Shown one piece after another: positions 34,402 to 37,857 of a stretch of 37,857 nucleotides of DNA (position 1 is the first letter of the stretch; every line of letters begins with the position of its first letter). The notes beneath the pieces were generated by a model that saw only the letters and a program-made list of their open reading frames with translations, did not search any database and had not been told where the DNA came from. Origin of the DNA: Patescibacteria group bacterium (GTDB lineage: Bacteria > Patescibacteriota > Minisyncoccia > Phycocordibacterales > PALSA-1337). Where the stretch lies: positions 1-37,857 of the forward strand of contig JBBUAH010000008.1 of NCBI GenBank assembly GCA_038058815.1, read 5' to 3'. The position numbers were made by a program, and so were the translations under genes.

Positions 34402-37400
34402 ACACCAAATCCATTTTCACTGAAAAATCCCCAATCTTCATCGATTCACCTTCTATATTTTTATAAACAATTTCTTTTAATAAAGTACTACTTATAATCA
34501 TATTTTCATTTTCCTTTATTAAATTCTTCACACCCTCATCACCATCTATTGCAAGTACTGCTCTATCCTGTATTGTTAAACCTTTTGATTTCCTCAAATC
34601 TTGCACAGCGCGGACTAATTCTCGAATTATTCCCTCTTCTTTTAATTCTGGGGTAATAGAAATGTCTAAAAGTACCTCTTCAGAAAGAGTTGTATCAGAA
34701 ACTATTTCCTTTACATTTATTTCATCTCTTACAAGATTAATCAAATTATCTGAAATGATAGCTTTTATAGTGAGTTTAGAGAGTGGTTGACGGACATTTA
34801 TCTTCGCCTTCATACGAGCTTCTAGACCTAGAGATGCTATCTTTCTCACTTCTTTCATGGATTCTATTATCTTTTTATCAAATTTCTTAATCTCTGGCCA
34901 TGCTTCCATATGAACACTTTCCTTAGGACCTTTCAATCTAAGATATATATCTTCTGCAAGAAATGGCATAAAAGGTGCTAATAATTTTATTAGGGTAATA
35001 AGTACTGTATGAGTAGTAGATAATGCCATTTTTCTATCATTCTGATCTTCACCCTTAAAGCGGTCTCTAGATCGCCTTAAATACCAAGTAGAAAGATCAT
35101 CAATAAAATCAGCAAGAGGCCATGAAGCACGATCAATTTCATATTTTTCTAGACTCTCTGTTACATTTTTTATAAGTTCTGCAAGCCTGGCTAGTATCCA
35201 AATATCAAGTGGATGATTACCAGAAACATTTTCCATACCAGAAATAGCATACATTTCATAAAATGTAACAACATTATTCAAACGACCAATATGTTTCTTC
35301 ACAACTTCATCTACACCCTTTTCGGAAAAGGCGAAGTCTTGAGCGTGTACTACAGGAGATGACATTAGATAATATCGCAATGCATCAGCTCCATACTTAT
35401 CTACGATATTCATAAGATCTGGATAATTTTTCTTCGACTTAGACATTTTCTGACCATCTTCAGCAAGAAGAAGACCATTGACCACTACATTTCTAAAAGG
35501 AGATTTTCCGAAAAGTCCCACGCCCAAAACAAGCATAGAATAAAACCATCCCCTAGTCTGATCTAGTCCTTCTGCGATGAAGTCTGCAGGATAGCCTTTC
35601 GTTCTTCCAAGAATTTTACTGAAAGGACCCGGCTTTGGATTGAAATCACATTTACTGAATGGATAATGAGATTCGCCAAAAGGCATAGAACCAGATTCAA
35701 ACCAACAATCGAAAACTTCAGAAACCCTATTTAATCTATTCCCTTTTTCATCTGTAAGCTTTATATCATCGATAAAAGGATGATGCAGATCAGCTTCATA
35801 TTCATCATTGTGAGGTAATGGATGGAAATCGAGCTTGGATGGTTTAGCATTCTGATTATAATGATCAGTATTCCCACGAAGAGATATTGATTGTTCCCTA
35901 TTTAGACCTTGCGCTACAGAATTCAATAAGAAAAGTGGAGTATCATGAGAAATTATGAGAATGTTTTTACCTTCATATTTATTCTCAATATCATAAAGAA
36001 AATCCCCTACACGCTTCTTTATATCTACATAATTCTCACCTCCTTCTGATGTCTTTATAAATCTATCTGCATGATTGAATTCTTTTACAAAATCGAGGAA
36101 TGGTTTATTATTCCAGACTCCGGCACCAAGCTCGCGTAATCTAGAATCAATAATAATTTCTGATGTATTAAGATCGATAACCTTGGCGATAACTTCTGCT
36201 GTTTCTCTCGTACGAATAAATGGGGAAACGAAAATAAGGTCGATTTTCTTATCTTTCAACCATTTTCCTGCTTCTTCTGCTTGTTTTTTCCCTTTCTCCG
36301 TTAAATAGTGGGAATTTTCTGCTATGGAACTGATAATCATCAAAGTATTGTTTTCTGCTTCTCCATGACGTGTAATATAAAATGTATTTTTTGCATGGCT
36401 ATATTTTCTGAGGTCTGCAATTGAAGAAAGAACGATAGATTCGTGATTTTCTTCATTTCTCCAAACCGGAAGAGGTGCACCCCAGAAACGAGATCTAGAA
36501 ATAGCCCAATCCCGAGCTCCCGAAAGCCAATCCCCGAATCTTCCTTCACCTATTTCAGGCGGAATCCATTTTATTTTTTTATTTTCTTTTATAAGTTTAT
36601 CGCGAATAGCAGTAACTTTTACAAACCAAGAAGATGTAGCATAGTTTAGAAGTGGAGTATCACATCTCCAACAATGTGGATATGAATGGATTATTTTTTC
36701 TTTTGAAAAAAGAGTATTATGATGCGCCAAATATTTTATTATCTCTATATCGGCTCTTTGATGTACATCTTTTTCATTTTCGGTCGATTTCGGCTTTACT
36801 TGTTGCCCCGCAAAATCAGTAACTTCTGATTTGAATACACCATTCATAGTGACATGCTGCGCGAAAGGTAAATTGTATTTTAATGAAAGATCATAATCAT
36901 CAGCACCGAAAGCAGGAGCAATATGAACAATTCCGGTACCATCTTCTATAGTTACGAAATCCGCACCATAAACCCTCCAACCGTTTTCATAATTCTTTAA
37001 ATTTTTATCATTTGAATAATATGTAAAGACTGGTTCATATGGTTTTCCTATTAAACTTTTTCCATCAAATTCTTCTAAGACTTTATACTCTGTTTTAATA
37101 ACTGACAGCCTTGATTGGGCTAAAATTAACTTTATATTTTCTGTTTCAATTTTTACATATTTTATTGAAGGATTTATTGCAAGAGCTGTATTCCCCGGCA
37201 GTGTCCATGGCGTAGTCGTCCAAGCTAGAAAATATGTATTTAGCTCATCTATAAGTTTGAATTTTACTGTTACGGAAATATCTGTAATATCTTTATAGCC
37301 TTGACTGACTTCGAAGTTTGAAAGTGTCGTCTCACATCGAGGACAGAGATTCATAGACTTGAATCCTTCGTAGATAAGACCTTTCTTATGGAGTTCAGCA

Positions 37401-37857
37401 AATGCCCACCATACAGATTCTGTGTATGTGGTGTCCATTGTCCTATAATCATTATCCATATCTGCCCATCTTCCGAGTCTAGGAATAATCTTTCTCCAAA
37501 CATCCGCATATCGCATCACACTATCCTTTGCAGCGGAATTGAATTTTCCTATTCCATAATCGATTATATCTTTCTTTGAAGTCAGTTTTAATTCTTTTTC
37601 CATAAGATTTTCTACAGGCAAACCATGGCAATCCCATCCCCAACGACGTCGCACATGATATCCTTGCATGGTCTTATAACGAGGAATAATATCTTTTATA
37701 GTACCCGGTATAACATGCCCATAATGTGGCTCACCCGTAGCAAATGGTGGACCATCATAAAATACAAATTCACCCTTTGGCGAAGGCTGTTCTAATGTCT
37801 TTTTGAAAATATTATTCTTTTCCCAAAAAGCTAGTATTTTCTCTTCGGTTTCAGATA
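34400..37857 (-). CDS. ileS: isoleucyl-tRNA synthetase (type 2/eukaryote-like), N-terminus truncated by the window edge, carrying an internal histidine-phosphatase domain
   Basis: The frame stays open upstream of the first Met (37669) to the window end: ...EKILAFWEKNNIFKKTLEQPSPKGEFVFYDGPPFATGEPHYGHV (HIGH). The CP1 editing motif TTTPWTLPGNTA, plus WAISRSRFWGAPLPVW, DCWFESGSMPF and KMSKS (GQKMSKSKKN), are all present. Confidence 0.95.
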   Translation of the reverse strand, partial: SETEEKILAFWEKNNIFKKTLEQPSPKGEFVFYDGPPFATGEPHYGHVIPGTIKDIIPRYKTMQGYHVRRRWGWDCHGLPVENLMEKELKLTSKKDIIDYGIGKFNSAAKDSVMRYADVWRKIIPRLGRWADMDNDYRTMDTTYTESVWWAFAELHKKGLIYEGFKSMNLCPRCETTLSNFEVSQGYKDITDISVTVKFKLIDELNTYFLAWTTTPWTLPGNTALAINPSIKYVKIETENIKLILAQSRLSVIKTEYKVLEEFDGKSLIGKPYEPVFTYYSNDKNLKNYENGWRVYGADFVTIEDGTGIVHIAPAFGADDYDLSLKYNLPFAQHVTMNGVFKSEVTDFAGQQVKPKSTENEKDVHQRADIEIIKYLAHHNTLFSKEKIIHSYPHCWRCDTPLLNYATSSWFVKVTAIRDKLIKENKKIKWIPPEIGEGRFGDWLSGARDWAISRSRFWGAPLPVWRNEENHESIVLSSIADLRKYSHAKNTFYITRHGEAENNTLMIISSIAENSHYLTEKGKKQAEEAGKWLKDKKIDLIFVSPFIRTRETAEVIAKVIDLNTSEIIIDSRLRELGAGVWNNKPFLDFVKEFNHADRFIKTSEGGENYVDIKKRVGDFLYDIENKYEGKNILIISHDTPLFLLNSVAQGLNREQSISLRGNTDHYNQNAKPSKLDFHPLPHNDEYEADLHHPFIDDIKLTDEKGNRLNRVSEVFDCWFESGSMPFGESHYPFSKCDFNPKPGPFSKILGRTKGYPADFIAEGLDQTRGWFYSMLVLGVGLFGKSPFRNVVVNGLLLAEDGQKMSKSKKNYPDLMNIVDKYGADALRYYLMSSPVVHAQDFAFSEKGVDEVVKKHIGRLNNVVTFYEMYAISGMENVSGNHPLDIWILARLAELIKNVTESLEKYEIDRASWPLADFIDDLSTWYLRRSRDRFKGEDQNDRKMALSTTHTVLITLIKLLAPFMPFLAEDIYLRLKGPKESVHMEAWPEIKKFDKKIIESMKEVRKIASLGLEARMKAKINVRQPLSKLTIKAIISDNLINLVRDEINVKEIVSDTTLSEEVLLDISITPELKEEGIIRELVRAVQDLRKSKGLTIQDRAVLAIDGDEGVKNLIKENENMIISSTLLKEIVYKNIEGESMKIGDFSVKMDLV
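35825..36391 (-). other. histidine phosphatase (phosphoglycerate-mutase-like) domain embedded in ileS
   Basis: Residues ~427-615, counted from Met at 37669: FYITRHGEAENN, LTEKGKKQAEEAGKWL, LIFVSPFIRTRETAEVI, LRELGAGVWNN, ILIISHDTPL. These are all the signature motifs of the His_Phos_1 family. Confidence 0.8.

Noticed and set aside
35825-36391. Reading the IleRS insertion as an intein, a separate gene or a frameshift artefact
   Set aside because: There are no intein splice-junction motifs (no Cys/Ser-start block, no terminal His-Asn). There are no internal stop or start signals. The single frame is continuous, with correct IleRS motifs on both sides. An assembly chimera cannot be excluded without reads.

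Overview
All calls below come from reading the sequence and ORF translations by eye. No database, HMM or folding search was run.

The window is AT-rich bacterial DNA. It has tight gene packing, almost no Shine-Dalgarno sequences, giant secreted proteins with peptidoglycan-binding anchors, and a HicAB pair. This style suggests a reduced-genome Patescibacteria/CPR (Parcubacteria-like) organism, but that placement is inference.

Layout, left to right:
- The 5' ~950 nt of a 23S rRNA on the minus strand, with no 16S upstream.
- A small accessory block: two membrane proteins, hicB-hicA, a TM-helix-repeat membrane protein and a wHTH protein.
- rplJ-rplL.
- A ~14-kb minus-strand island of five signal-peptide proteins. 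These are a 936-aa beta-helix plus lipase-like protein, a 2356-aa giant (LTD / Ig-like / CarboxypepD_reg-like / FN3 / tandem PG-binding), a 367-aa protein, a 182-aa protein and a 630-aa PG-binding plus Ig-repeat protein.
- An HTH regulator, then ftsK, a small membrane protein, recA and efp.
- rpsF-ssb-rpsR.
- A packed minus-strand housekeeping string: recO, a 645-aa membrane protein, glyQS, an M16 peptidase, metG and tatD.
- An orphan GC-rich ~250-nt RNA on the plus strand.
- ileS, whose 5' end runs off the right edge.

No tRNA, CRISPR array, transposase or integrase was seen.

Most notable observations:
1. A complete histidine-phosphatase (PGAM-like) domain is inserted inside the IleRS catalytic core.
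2. The orphan structured RNA has its own promoter and terminator, and I cannot assign it confidently to any housekeeping RNA family.
3. A 473-bp perfect direct repeat gives the giant protein and its 367-aa neighbour an identical wall-anchor cassette.
4. A repeated intergenic module (terminator plus a DnaA-box-identical TTATCCACA motif) lies upstream of the surface-protein transcription units.
5. EF-P and MetRS each carry an unusual substitution in a signature motif.
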